DNA of 64,000 bases from Mobula hypostoma. Its lineage: Eukaryota. Made by a program: the position numbers and the translations under genes. The stretch lies in contig NC_086109.1 of the NCBI RefSeq assembly GCF_963921235.1, positions 29,328,001 through 29,392,000 of the forward strand, written 5' to 3'. The notes under the pieces were generated by a model, which saw only the letters and a list, made by a program, of their open reading frames with translations, was not told the origin of the DNA and did not search any database. Below, in pieces: positions 26,634 to 39,224 of this stretch. Position 1 is the stretch's first letter, and each line of letters opens with the position of its first letter.

Positions 26634-27775
26634 AGAAACATAGAAGCATAGAAAACCTACAGCACAATACAGGCCCTTCGGCCTACAAAGCTATGCTGAA
26701 CATGTCTTTACCTTAGAACTACCAAGGCTTACCCATAGCCCTCTATTTTTCTAAGCTCCATGTACCTATCCAGGAGTCTCATAAAAGACCCTGTCATTTC
26801 TGCCTCCACCACCGTCACCAGCAGCCCAATCCACTCACTCATCACTCTCTGCATAAAAAAACTTACCTCTGACATCTCCTCTGCACCTACTTCCAAACAC
26901 CTTAAAACTATGCCCTCTCGCGCTAGCCACTTCAGCCATGGGAAAAGACCTCTGATTATCTACAAGATCAATACCTCTCATCATCTTATACACCTCTACC
27001 AGGTCACCTCTCATCCTCTGTCGCGCCAAGGAGAAAAGGCCGAGTTCACTCAACCTATTCTCATAAGGCATGCTCCCCAATCCAGGCAACATCCTTGTAA
27101 ATCTCCTCTGCACCTTTTCTGCGGTTTCCACGTCCTTCCTGTAGTGAGGCGACCAGAACTGAGCACAGTACCCCAAGTGGGGTCTAACTAGGGTCCTATA
27201 TAGCTGCAACATTACCTCTCAGCTCTTAAACTCAATCCCACTGTTGATGAAGGCCAATGCACCGTATGCCTTCTTAACTACAGAGTCAACCTGCGTAGCA
27301 GCTTTGAGTGTCCTATGGACTCGGACCCCAAGATCCCTCTAATCCTCCACACTGCCAAGAGCTTTATCATTAATGCTATATTTTGCCATTGTATGTGACC
27401 TACCAAAATGAACCACCTCACACTTATCTGGGTTGAACTCCATCTGCCACTTCTTAGCCCAATTTTGCATCTTATCAATGTCCCGCTGTAATCTCTGACA
27501 GCCCTCCACATTATCCACAACACCCCCAACCTTTGTGTCATCAGAAAACTTACTAACCCATCCCTCCACTTCCTCATCCAGGTCATTTATAAAAATCATG
27601 AAGAGTAAGGGTCGCAGAACAGATCCCTCTGACGAAGGGTCTCGGCCTGAAACGTCGACTGCGCCTCTTCCTATAGATGCTGCCTGGCCTGCTGCGTTCA
27701 CCAGCAACTTTGATGTATGTTCCCTGAGGCACATCACTGGTCACCGACCTCCATGCAGAATATGACCCATTTACA
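26634..27775 (-). mobile_element. Young 5'-truncated CR1 LINE nested in a Rex fragment (26390-28000)
   Basis: ORFs LYRTLVRPHLGYCAQFWSPHYRKD...RMRGDLVEVYKMMRG and [21 protein letters not shown]; (TTTCTATG)n tail at 26634. Confidence 0.93.
27629..27720 (+). mobile_element. 92-bp Penelope end fragment inserted in CR1, TSD TCCCT
   Basis: Nearly identical to 53177-53265. TCCCT at 27624-27628 and 27721-27725. The paralogous CR1 at ~50610 lacks it. Confidence 0.9.
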
Positions 27776-28237
27776 ACTGGGGTCCTTAGTGATAGATGCT
27801 GCCTTTCTGAGGCAACACCTTTTGAAGGTATCCTGGATGCTGGGGAGGCTAGTGTCCATGAAGAAGATGGCTGCGTTTACAAGTTCTCTGATCCTGTGCA
27901 GTGGCCCCTCCATACCAGACAGTGATGCAACCAGATAGAATGCTCTCCATGGTACACGAGTGGAAAATTATGAGTTCCTTTGGTGCCATATCAATTCTCC
28001 TCAAATTCAAAGTTCAATGTATATATGCAGCATACAAACCACAGACAATCGTTAAACAAAGAAAACCATGGAACCCGTTCAAAGAAAAAAATCAAACCTT
28101 TCCCCCAATGTGCAAAAAAAACCAAATTGCACAAAAGATAAAAAAAAATTAATGAAAAACACAGAATACAAAACACAAATTTGAAAGAATCCAGGCACAT
28201 TCAGTTCAGCTCGATCTCATGCTATGGTGTCCATTAT

Positions 28238-28832
28238 CTCAGAATCAGGTTTATTATCACCATCATGTGGCATGAGATTTGTTAACTTAGCAGCAGCAGT
28301 TCAATGCAATACATAATCTAGCACAGAGAGAGAAAAAAATAATAAATAAAATAAAACATAATAATAAATAAACAAGTAAATCAATTACGTATATTGAATA
28401 GATTTTTAAAAATGTGCAAAAACAGAAATACTGTATATTGAAAAAGTGAGGTAGTGTCCAAAGCTTCAATGTCCATTTAAGAATCAGATGGCAGAGGGGA
28501 AGAAGCTGTTCCTCAATTGCTGAGTGTGTGCCTTCAGGCTTCTGTATCTCCTACCTGATGGTAACAGTGAGAAAAGGGCATGCCCTGGGTGCTGGAGGTC
28601 CTTAATAATGGACACTGCCTTTCTGAGACACCGCTCCCTGAAGATGTCCTGGGTGCTTTGTAGGCTAGTACCCAGGCTGGAGCTGACTGGATTTACAACC
28701 TTCTGCAGCTTCTTTCGGTCCTGTGCAGTAGCACCTCCATACCAGACAGTGATGCAGCCTGTCAGAATGCTCTCCAGGTACAACTATAGAAGTTTTTGAG
28801 TGTATTTGTTGACAGGCCAAGTCTCTTCAAAT
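28238..28832 (-). mobile_element. Young Rex/Babar LINE 3' end
   Basis: ORF 28484..28783 reads ESILTGCITVWYGG...HPGHALFSLLPSGRRYRSLKAHT..LRNSFFPSAI. Confidence 0.92.
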
Positions 28833-31284
28833 GAAGTATAGCCACCCCGATCAAAAAAGCCCAAAATAGCAACAAAATAGAAGCGACCAGAAACTCATCA
28901 TGACGTAAACTACAGAGTCCAATCCACAAACCATGTTGTTGATTAACCCTTACCCAAGACCCAGGACTCCAGCACAATCTTCTGGCAGCATTGAGTGAGG
29001 GGGGAGGGGGAGAGAGAGAGAGAGAGACCATTTAAACACAGGGACCTTACTCTGGGAGCAGCGAGCAAGAAGGAGAGAGAGACTGTCACACACAGGCACC
29101 TTCCTCCAGCAGCAGCAAACGAGAGTCTGTTAGACGGTGCTAATGAACTATAGCGGCTGTCATGCCTTCTTTGTAATTGTTTCAATATGTTAGGCAGAAG
29201 TAGACTATTTTGGTTCTTTGAGCCCGATCCACCTTTGAATTCTAAGACTAACTCTGTATCTAATCTATCTTCCCTCCTGATCAATATATTTCTGGATCCT
29301 TTTAATGTCTGTTGCTTGAGGCTTGACAGGGGGGGCTACATGTCAATACTTGGTGATAAAGTGCCCAAGCTCTCTGAGGTAGCAAATTCCATAGATTTAC
29401 AACCAGTTGCATGAGACAATTTTCCTTTTTAACCAACCTTATTTTGAAATTGCTTCCCCTTTCTCTTCTTCCACTACCCCTTGGAGGTCAAGGAATATTC
29501 TGTGTGGTCTGAGGTTACTGTGGAGTCCTTTCAGTGATTTGCCATATAAGTGCACAGGTGAAGTTTGGCAAGATAGTTGGTCGGCACATTTCTGCAGCAC
29601 CTTCCATTGCAGGCACTTGGTTACACATGCCCCTGAGAGTGACTCAAAATATTCAGTGATGACCAAGATTTCTATCACTCTCACTTTGTGTGGTCTTGAA
29701 CTAGAAATTCCCATGGTCAGTGAGATGTTCATTTTTTTTTTAAGAAGCATTGGGGGTTTTCTTTGTCTTGGAAACAGTGCACTGTGGCAACATTTGGACC
29801 ACTTGCTTTGGATATCTTGCAGCAGACATTCAGACACATATCAAAGTTGGTTGTGAGAGATCAGAAGTATGTTGCCCTGGGAGAGGATGCTGACAGTGGT
29901 TTGCCTATGCAATCAGCGGATCTGGTGTATTTTGTCAAAGTCAAAGTAGTATTTATTATCAAGTACATATATATGACCATATAGGATCTTGAAATTCATT
30001 TTCTTGGAGGCATTTACAGGAAAATAAAAAAGTACAATAGAATTTACAAAAACTATACATACGCAAATGAAGATAAACCACCAAAGTGCAAAAGGAGACA
30101 AATTGTGCAAATGAAAAAAATATTGCTGAGAACATGAGTGGTAAAGATTCCTTGAAAGTGAGTCTGGCCAGAATGAGGTGTGCAGCTGTGCAGTGCAGAG
30201 AGCAAAGATGTACTCTGGTCTATAAATTGTAGCAAGTACAGCCCATTCTAAGGACACCAGAGGGGTTGCTCCGAATGACATGGTCACTCTCCCCATTGAA
30301 TGTCATGGAAGATACTGCCTCCCCAATTTCTGTAATGGCCAACTGTTCCTCCCACCTAAGGATTTCTCAATGATGACAAACTCAACGGTGTCTTCTGGCC
30401 TTTGAGCTTGTGACCACAAGAAGACGTCAGGCTTGAGAGAGCAGTGTAGCCAAGCAAAGAGACGGGTAGACAGCAGTCTTCAACATGACATGAAGGAGGA
30501 AGCTCAGATCTGGGTGGTTCACCTACAGATGTTGCTCGTCCCCTGTAATAGTCTGACTCACCCTATTGGCCACAACGCAGCACTTGTACACTGATATCCC
30601 TGAGTGGTCCCACTGATTTCTCTTATCCATCCTGCACTTTATCTTTAGGGCTCACTTTACACCAGGTCTGCATGTTTCATTGCCGCATGATTAGCAGAAG
30701 AGAGCTGAGCCCGCAGCTAGGTTCCCAGGAAGCCTGCATGCAGCACAGGAAGGAATTGTGCCAAGTTCCTCCAACACCACCATCATGTCTCCGCATGTAT
30801 GATAACTTAATCATCCCTTCCAGTTACAAATCCTTGAGTGGTCTCTTTCCTGGGAACACATCTCGAGTGGGAAATGAGATACCAGAATATTTCATTATGA
30901 GATAAGATTAGCTTTATCAATCACATGCACATTGAAATATACAGCGAAATGTGTTGTTTGCGTCAACAACCAACATGGGCTGAGGAGGTTCTGGGATCAG
31001 TCCACAAGTGTTGTAAGGCTTCCGGTGCCAACATAACATGCCCACAACTTACCAACCTTTACTAACCCGTACATCTTTTGAATCTGGGATTAAACCAGAG
31101 CATCCAGAGGAATCCCGTGGAATTATAGAGAGCACATATAAACGCCTTATAGACACTAACGGGACAGTAATCGATCCCTATCACTTTGCACTAATCGCTA
31201 CGACATGTTTTTTTATTTCGTTCTTTATAGTTATTGTGTTTTTTCCTACTACATGGATTTGGAGTAACAACCTTTTTTTTATTT

Positions 31285-31512
31285 TGTTGAGATACAGCAT
31301 GGAGCAGGCCTTTCCAGGCCTTCAAGCCCTGCTGCCCAGAAACCCAAGCCTAATCACAGGGTAACTTACAATGACCAATTAACCTACTGACTGGTAGTGG
31401 GAGGAAACCCACACAGTCACGGGGAGAATGTACAAACCCCTTACAGACAGTGGGGGGAACTGAACCCTGTTCGCTGATACTGTAAAGCGTTGTGCTAACT
31501 GCTACACTACCG
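31285..31512 (-). mobile_element. tRNA/V-SINE-like element
   Basis: Reverse complement of the 4487-4740 type (GTGGGAGGAAACCCAC..CACGGGGAGAATGTACAAAC...GAACCC...GCTAACTGCTACACTACCGT). Confidence 0.75.
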
Positions 31513-32255
31513 TAAAGGTTTCTCTTTTACGCTCGTGTTCTGAAGAATAACAATAAACTATTTTGAATCTTAAATCTTGGATTGGATATTCGATCTTTCT
31601 ACTGATGAAATACATTTTTAAAAGATTCAGTAACAGTAATTAAAAAGTTTTGTTTTTAATTTTTTTTTGTCTATTTTATTCCATTTTCTGCTCTCATGAA
31701 GGGTTAATTGCCTGATGCAGCATAGCCTCTCCATTGACCATAGCGCCATCCCAAGAGACTATTAATCATATGTGAAACTTGAAAGAGTTTGCTGACAGCC
31801 TATTCACTCATAAGGCATCAAATTCAAATTTGCTTCTCTCCTGCTTCAATACCCACACGCACAAACTTCCAAGAGTGCTTGCTCAAATGTAAACAGCATT
31901 AAGAACCTTACTGCTTTTCCCCACCCACACCCAATCTATTGAGACAAGGGTGCTGCTCTGATTAACAAACACTGCTCAGATTGGAATTAAATATTTGACA
32001 TTCCTGGTTGGTATGAATCAGTTAATTTCCAACCAGACTCATTAGGCTGGATTTGAAACATGAGCAATCAATGTTCCTGCGACTACTAATCTTGATAGGA
32101 ATTTCATAACCGGAAAAAGAGATTAGTTATAAGCAAGATAGTAAATTCACTGTTTAGACATAATAGTATAAGAAACAGAAACCCTTTTAGGCCTTCTGGT
32201 TCATTCGCCTGCCTCCTCCTTTCAATGACAGGCTACCTATCTCAATATTTTCCCA

Positions 32256-32439
32256 TACAGTGGCCACTTTATTAGGTACACATGTATACCTGCTTGTTTA
32301 TGCAAATATCTAATTAGTCAACCGTGTGGCAAAAACTCAATGCATAAACGCAAGCAAACATGGTCAAGAGGTTCAGTTATTGTTCAGAAGACCACACCGG
32401 GTTCCACACCTGTACCTAATAAAATAGCCACTGAATGTA
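32256..32439. mobile_element. Tc1-type MITE
   Basis: Inverted ends CAGTGGCCACTTTATTAGGTACA / TGTACCTAATAAAATAGCCACTG, flanked by TA. Confidence 0.85.
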
Positions 32440-34279
32440 TATTCCTATAATCTCTGTTTTATCAAAGAGGCAACTACATAAATTTATGACAACACCCCGA
32501 TCCAATTATGTCACCATCCAATCAGGCTTATCTGCTTCATTTATGCTATGACAGAAACCAGTAAGAGATGACTGTTACCTCCATGAGCTTGATTCCAAAA
32601 CGACTGTGACAACAGTACCACAAAAATAAATCTGTTGAAGGTCACTTGCAATTGGCCCACATGAGCAATGCCAAGTTTCTGCTTGCCCACTATTGTAATT
32701 CTCCATTCTGTTCTCACTTAGATCTATTGGTTTGTTATTTCCTGAACTGGTAATAACAACGCCAATGCAAAATAGAGAAATCGCTTGCTCTGATAACTTA
32801 CTTGCTCCATCTATATTTAGAATTGGTTATTTTTACAAAGTCACCTGTCTATGATATTAGCTCAGCGTTTTATTCCTTCTCCTTTAGCACATCCTGATCT
32901 GCCATTTGCAACTCATTACATCTTGGACAGCCTCAAATTGCCCTATAAATAGATTACATTAGATTAGATTGATTTATTAATCAGATGTACATCGAAGCAT
33001 ACAGTGAAATACGTCATTTGCGTTAACAACCAACACCATTCCCACCGCTGCCTGTAAGGAGTTTATACGTTCTCCCCAGGACTGAGCGGGATTTTTTCAC
33101 TTTGATTAAACGAGTTTCTGGTGTACAATTTTCTGGCATTCTGAGAAGCAAAATAATTTCATTTTTAAAGTATGGCTTTTATTTATTGTGTAAAATTATC
33201 TTATTTTGTCTTCTAATTAACATTGATAAGTTTCTGACCACACAAGTAGAACGACTCATAGTCACTTGAACTCTCCATTCCCCATGGAGTCTGCTCTCCT
33301 TCACCTCGAAATGCTGAGTAAAGCTGAGACATATTTTTACTGTGGCCAGATACTTTCCTCTACTTCACCAAGCTGGACAATTTTCATATCTGTGATTCAT
33401 TAATAGTTTCTAAATATGATCAGCAGCAGGAATCTTGAGTAATAGCATTTTACTTCTCCTAATCAGGAATAAGGAAGACATTCCTCAAGACTGTATCATT
33501 GAAATCACTACTACACCACAGAGAAGGGATTGAATTTGCAGAACACTTTGTAGTTATTGAGAGATGCTTTGATGTTAATTGCTTTGATGTGTAATTGACT
33601 CAAGGGAGGAAAATCACAACAAGATCTTGATCAGATCAAATTAGGAACTTGGAGGAATTTCCATATACAGTAAGTAGTGAGAATGTGAATAAGCCAGACC
33701 TCACTGATGTAATAAAGCTTGGTTTTTGACTTATATTCTATTAACTTATTTGTGGTAATATTTTGCTTTATGTGCTGTGTGTGATATCTGTATTTTTGGT
33801 GCACCATGATCTGGAGGAACTTAGTATTGTTTGGCTGTATATATGTACAGTCAGATAGCAATAAACTTGAACTTAAAATTGAACTTAAACTTGAAGTACG
33901 TGGGAGCAGGAGAAAGACAAATAAAGTGAATTGGTGGGTGTAGGTGGGACCAAATGTGGTGCTGAAATGAATAGAACTGCCATATTTGTGTTGAATGCCC
34001 TATTTCAGTGCTGTGGATCATTGCAAAGTCAACCATTTGTTTCCTATTTAGCTGCAGTGATCATTAGATAATCTCGCAGATAAAATAACAGGAGTCCTGA
34101 TGTAGGGTTTAGATCCAAAACATCGAAGGTTCCTTTTCCCCACAAATGCTGCTCAACCTGCTGAGTTCCTCAAAGATGGTTGCTTAGCCCAATGTTTTGC
34201 TCTCCCTACATCCATGAATGTGTGGCTAGGCATAGCTCAAGCATCATCTAAAAATTTGCAACTAACACAACTTCTGTGC

Positions 34280-35430
34280 ACAGAATTTCAGATGGTGACA
34301 AGGCAGCGTTCAGGAGTAAGATAGATCAGCTGGTTAAGTTGTTACTGCCCATCATGCCTCTGGAATTTAGGACAGCAGTGAAATTCCTCCATCTCTGCTT
34401 GGCCACTCAAGTGTAGAAGGATTTTACATTGCTGTTTTCATAAGAGATTTGCTAAACCAGTCAGGGTTGCTAGCCAGGAGCTGAACCCCCAAAATTGAAG
34501 GACCCGTGGACCACCCTTTGACCCGTTTGGCCACAGTGACCTGACTAAAAGCCAAAGCATAAAGCACTAACTCCAGCCAACTTAGATCTCTGGGTCACTG
34601 AGGCACGTAAACTACGAAACCACGACAAGTTTGTCGTCCACTTGCAGGGATTAAGTGGTATCTCTACAACAACTTTGCACTCAACGTCAGGAAGACCAAA
34701 GAATTAATTGTGGACTTCAGGAAGGGATAGTTGAGGGAATACACAGCAGTCCTCATTGAGGGATCAGAAGAGGAAAGGGTGAGCAGTTTCAAGTTCCTGG
34801 GTGTCAACATCTCTGAAGATCTACCCTGGATCCAACATGTTGATGAGGCTATGAAGAAGGAATGCCAGAGGTTATATTTCATTAGGAGTTAGAGGAAATT
34901 TGATATGTCACAAAAGACTAGCAAATATCTACAAATGTACCATGGAGAACATTCTAACTGTGTAGTATGGAGGGGCCACTGCGTAGGATCAGAAGAAGCT
35001 ACTGAAAACAGCAAACATAGACGGCTCCATCATGGGCAATAGCCTCCCCTACATTGAGGATATCTTCAAAAGGCAGCATCTATCATTAAAGACCCCCATC
35101 ACCCAGAGCATGCCCTCTTCTCATTGCCACCATCAAGCAGGAGGTGAAGGAGCCCGAAGAAACAAGTACTACATTTTAAAAACAGCTTCTTCCCCTCCAA
35201 CATCAGGTTTCTGAATGGACAATTGGACCCATGTAAACTACCTCACTGTTTTTGTCTTGCTCTCTTTTTGCAATTTAATTTAATTGTTCATTTCTTACAT
35301 ATACATACAAATATATATATATATAAAATTTGTGCATTTCATAGTTTTTGTTATTATGTATTACGCTATACTGCTGCCACAAAACAACATATTTCACAAC
35401 ATATGCCAGTGATATTAAACCTGATTCTTA
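34280..35430 (+). mobile_element. Rex/Babar LINE RT and 3' end
   Basis: NNFALNVRKTKELIVDFRK, SSFKFLGVNISEDLPW; ends TAAACCTGATTCT. Confidence 0.88.
34340..34650 (-). mobile_element. RTE-derived short retroposon inserted in the Rex LINE, TSD TTAAGT
   Basis: The reverse complement starts TCCCTGCAAGTGGACGACAAACTTGTCGTGG and ends GCATGATGGGCAGTAACA. TTAAGT at 34334-34339 and 34651-34656. Confidence 0.72.
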
Positions 35431-36357
35431 TTATGACTTGTCCTAGATTCCTGTATCTCTAGTCTCTTGTGTCTCCAAAATAATGAACCTGTTCCAGACA
35501 GAACATCCTATATTACTTTATAGAACAAGTTCTCCTTATCACTTAATCTATGGTTCCCTGTGAATGGAAAGGAAAAAAAAATGTCTTGTCTATTCATTAC
35601 ATTGCATTTGTGGCACAAAATTCCAGCTATTAGCAGACAATGAGCTGCAATATTTCAATAAAATGCTATTCTAATAAATGTAAATTTATTGTAATTAATG
35701 TGATCTTTTTAACATCATTGGTGTAAAAAAGATTCTAGTTCATATCTGGTTACAATCAATTCAGTGGATATTCTAAAGCAAGCAGTTGTATTTGTAACTT
35801 CCCTCAAGGTTATATGCCATTCTTAAAAATTCTTAAGGTGTTTAAAAATTACTTGGCACATTATTAAACAGCCACATTGATTTCACTCAATACCTGTATA
35901 TACTTCATCTTCTCAATTATATATCCATATTTAGAATAGGTTGGAATGAAAATAGTCAACATTTCCACAACCAAGCATGGTTAATATCAACACACCCAAT
36001 CATATCTAAGAGCCAGTCTCTGAGGCAGGAAGCTAAGATACCTGCGAGTGAAGTTTCCACACGCAAATGTAAAATGCAAGTAGATTGGTTGTGGACAAGC
36101 AAAAATTGGATTGGATGACTGATTATTATGAACAAGGTTGACTTACTTTGCTATTATGGTGTATGTAGGCTTGTTTCCATGGCTCACTCATGCGTTTATT
36201 TTTATACGACAGCTGCATCTTCATTGGGCTCCTAAAATAAAAAATAATTTTTTAATAAAGTCAGAAAATATATATTTGGAATAGCTAATTAGAGGAAATT
36301 GCTTCAATCAGAGATTGGCTAACGGAGCAGGGCCAAAAAGACATAAGGGGAATGTTT

Positions 36358-36568
36358 GCAACATACACAAAATGCTGGAGGAACTCAGCAGGCCAGGCAA
36401 CATCTATGAAAAAAAGTATAGTCGACGTTTCAGGCCGAGACCCTTCAGCAGGACTGTAGAAAGTCACCCAGTCCTGACGAAGGGTCTCGGCCTGAAACGT
36501 TGACTGCACCTCTTCCTAGAGATGCTGCCTGGCCTGCTGCATTCACCAGCAACTTTGCTGTGTGTTAC
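36358..36568. mobile_element. Inverted pair of Penelope terminal repeats
   Basis: Minus copy ~36358-36456 and plus copy 36469-36568, with a 12-nt spacer. Confidence 0.88.
36469..36506 (+). ncRNA. Minimal type I hammerhead ribozyme motif (Penelope-associated)
   Basis: CAGTC-CTGACGA-AGG(gtctcgg)CCT-GAAACGTT-GACTG. Stem I CAGTC/GACTG is intact. Confidence 0.65.
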
Positions 36569-36834
36569 TTTCATAAGGAAATGGGATGGGCAGCGAAAGA
36601 CAAAGGAATGGGGTTGATGAGATTGCTTCATTAGCTGCCGAAAGGCAGTTGTTGAGTCAATTTGCCTTCTGTGTTTCCTAATAATTCCATACCTCAGAAT
36701 GACACAGAAAGCATTATTCTCCAAATTAAATCTTAAATGTTTGCTGTTATTATTTTTTTTTAATTTGAACATTTTTTATTAGAAATGTGAGTTTTTTTGT
36801 ATATTTTCCTTTCAAGTACGGATAAAGCACCAGG

Positions 36835-37025
36835 AGACACAAGAGACTGCAAATGCTGGAAACTAGAGCAATGAGCTATCTGCTGGAGGAACTCAGCAGA
36901 CTGGGCAGCATCTGTGGGAGAAAAGGAATTGATGATATTTCAGATTAAAATTTTCCATGAGTGCAAAGTTGTGCTTTAGCCCAAAACATCAACAATTCCT
37001 TTTCTTTTACAGATGCTGCTTGATT
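36835..37025. mobile_element. Older inverted Penelope terminal-repeat pair
   Basis: GCAGCATCTGTGGGAGAAAAGGAATTGATGAT...CATCAACAATTCCTTTTCTTTTACAGATGCTGC. Confidence 0.7.
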
Positions 37026-38994
37026 CATTATGTCCTTTCATCATGTTTGCATGTTGAATCACTTATCAGTACACTTCAATGATCTAATTATAGAAAATAA
37101 GCATTCTCTAATAAAAAAATCTTGGGATGGTCCGATGGCTATATCTGAATATTCACAGTTTCTGCTGGCTACAAAGCTTGATTGCATCTAACAGCCCTAA
37201 AATTTGAAAGCTAAAGCCAAATGTGTTTTGCAAACCTACATTCACCAGGTAATTATTGCTTATTATCAGCACCATTACATTTTCATCTTTGAATTCCCCT
37301 CACAAGCTAATTCAACAGAACTTTCATGAATGGAAATATAGGAAATGTTGTTCGTGAACTAATTACGTGATGATTTGTGATGTTAATTGCTAACAATGCT
37401 AGTGTTTTTGTTCCGATGACATAAATTTACACCAATTCAGCACAGGATTTGCCATACTGTACAACAATCCGGTTAATATTTTTATTTACAAGTCTCAATA
37501 ATATTTCTGTACATATTATATCTCAATGAGTTAGTTATTAGAACTTAATTGTCCTCAAAGTGAAACCTTGTTGTTAGAACCTAATTTTCTTCAAACTTCC
37601 TTGTAGTTTTGTAACTTAGAAGCTATGAAAAGTATTTAGAACAATATTTAAAAGAAAAATTCAATTTTCATGTTGAATTTGAAACCATCACTTGGAGATC
37701 TGAAGATCATCTGCAGATGGACAAATTTATTAAAGATTTGTAATGGATAAAGGTATGATTAAATGAAAAAAGACTGAAGCAGCATCCTGAAGAGCACAAA
37801 TCCCAACCTGATTATTTGGGCTGAATAGCTTTAATGCTGCAATTTCTATATACAGTTTGCTATGTATATGGAATATACATTGAAAAAAACTGATTCAGAC
37901 CAATACACATATAACATTAATCTGCTTCAACTGCCTTAATATCACTGTAAGTAATTATTTGCAGGGAACATTTAGGGGAAAATAGAAACCTCACCCTGAA
38001 CTGAAATAAATGAAACTAATTAATTTACTGAGTCACAAAATGTGAAATTAAACACAAACACCAATATTGGAAAGGAAAAAGAAGATGAAATGTTTGCATC
38101 AAACCAAATCTGTGAGACTTTTTCTAGCTTTGGTTGACACCATTTAGAATCAGAATTGGGTTTATTATCACCGGCATGTGACGTGAAATTTGTTAACTTA
38201 GCAGCAGCAGTTCAATGCAATATATAATCCAGCGGAGAAAAATAATAATAAATAAATAAGTAAATCAATTATGTATATTGAATAGATTAAAAATGTGCAA
38301 AAACAGAAATACTGTATATTGAATAAAAGTGAGGTAGTATCCAAAGATTAAAGTTTTCTCATTAATCATAATTGAAGAGACATCAGCACAGCGCTGATAG
38401 GAACAGTTAGTGCAGATTGTAGTACAGAGGGAATTCAACAAGTATATTTCTCCTTTACTCATTTCTTTCCTTCCTTAAGGCTGTTCTTGGTGGTGAAATG
38501 GAATTTCATGAAGAAAAGATTCAAATCTGCTTTGATCAAGCAAATAATGCAAATTTATTGAAACCTAAATTTAGAAATTTAGTGTAATGATTTCACTAGG
38601 TGTGGTACTGATCAGTCTAAAAAAAACAAGTTTTGAACCTTTTGCTGTGCATTTGTTCTGTCACAACGCAGCTAAATCAAATACCACAATTAAATAATGG
38701 CCCTGTTGGGTGGCTGCCTGGTCTGGTACATCACAGGATGTCTGTAATACTGACTCACACATTTCAAGACACCATACTGTGTACTATTTTGAAAGAAAGG
38801 TCTGAATAACAATGACAAATTTTAGCAGGAATTAACTTAGTCTATTGACTTCTATTTTTCCAGAGAAAAATTGTCAACACCAAGACCTTTAACATTACAA
38901 TGGTTTGAAGAACTATTAAGGAAGTGTCACACAAATATTATTAAATGATGGATGCACGTTCCTTTGATTAGTATTCTATTTAATGTACATGAAA

Positions 38995-39224
38995 TACACT
39001 AAGTGGCCATTTCAGTAGGTACATCTGCTCATCAATGCAAATATATAAATCAGCCAATCAGTTGCAGCAACTCATTGCACAAAGGTGTTCAGACATGGTC
39101 AAGAGGTTCAGTTGCTGTTCATACCAAGCATAGGAATGGGAATAAATATGATTTAAGCAACTTTAATTGTGGAATGAAAGTTGGTGCTGGACGGTGTGGT
39201 TTGAGTATTACAGAAACTGCACAT
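38995..39224 (+). mobile_element. Tc1-type non-autonomous element, left part (same family as 32256 and 62890)
   Basis: TACACTAAGTGGCCATTTCAGTAGGTACA...CATGGTCAAGAGGTTCAGTTGCTGTTCA. Confidence 0.75.

Noticed and set aside
27339..27737. ORF that appears to fuse a novel N-terminus to an RT fragment
   Set aside because: Chance read-through from an antisense Penelope insert into a CR1 RT remnant.
29407..29856. Two antiparallel ORFs of 132-149 aa
   Set aside because: No recognisable motifs; flanked by decayed CR1 and other repeat sequence.
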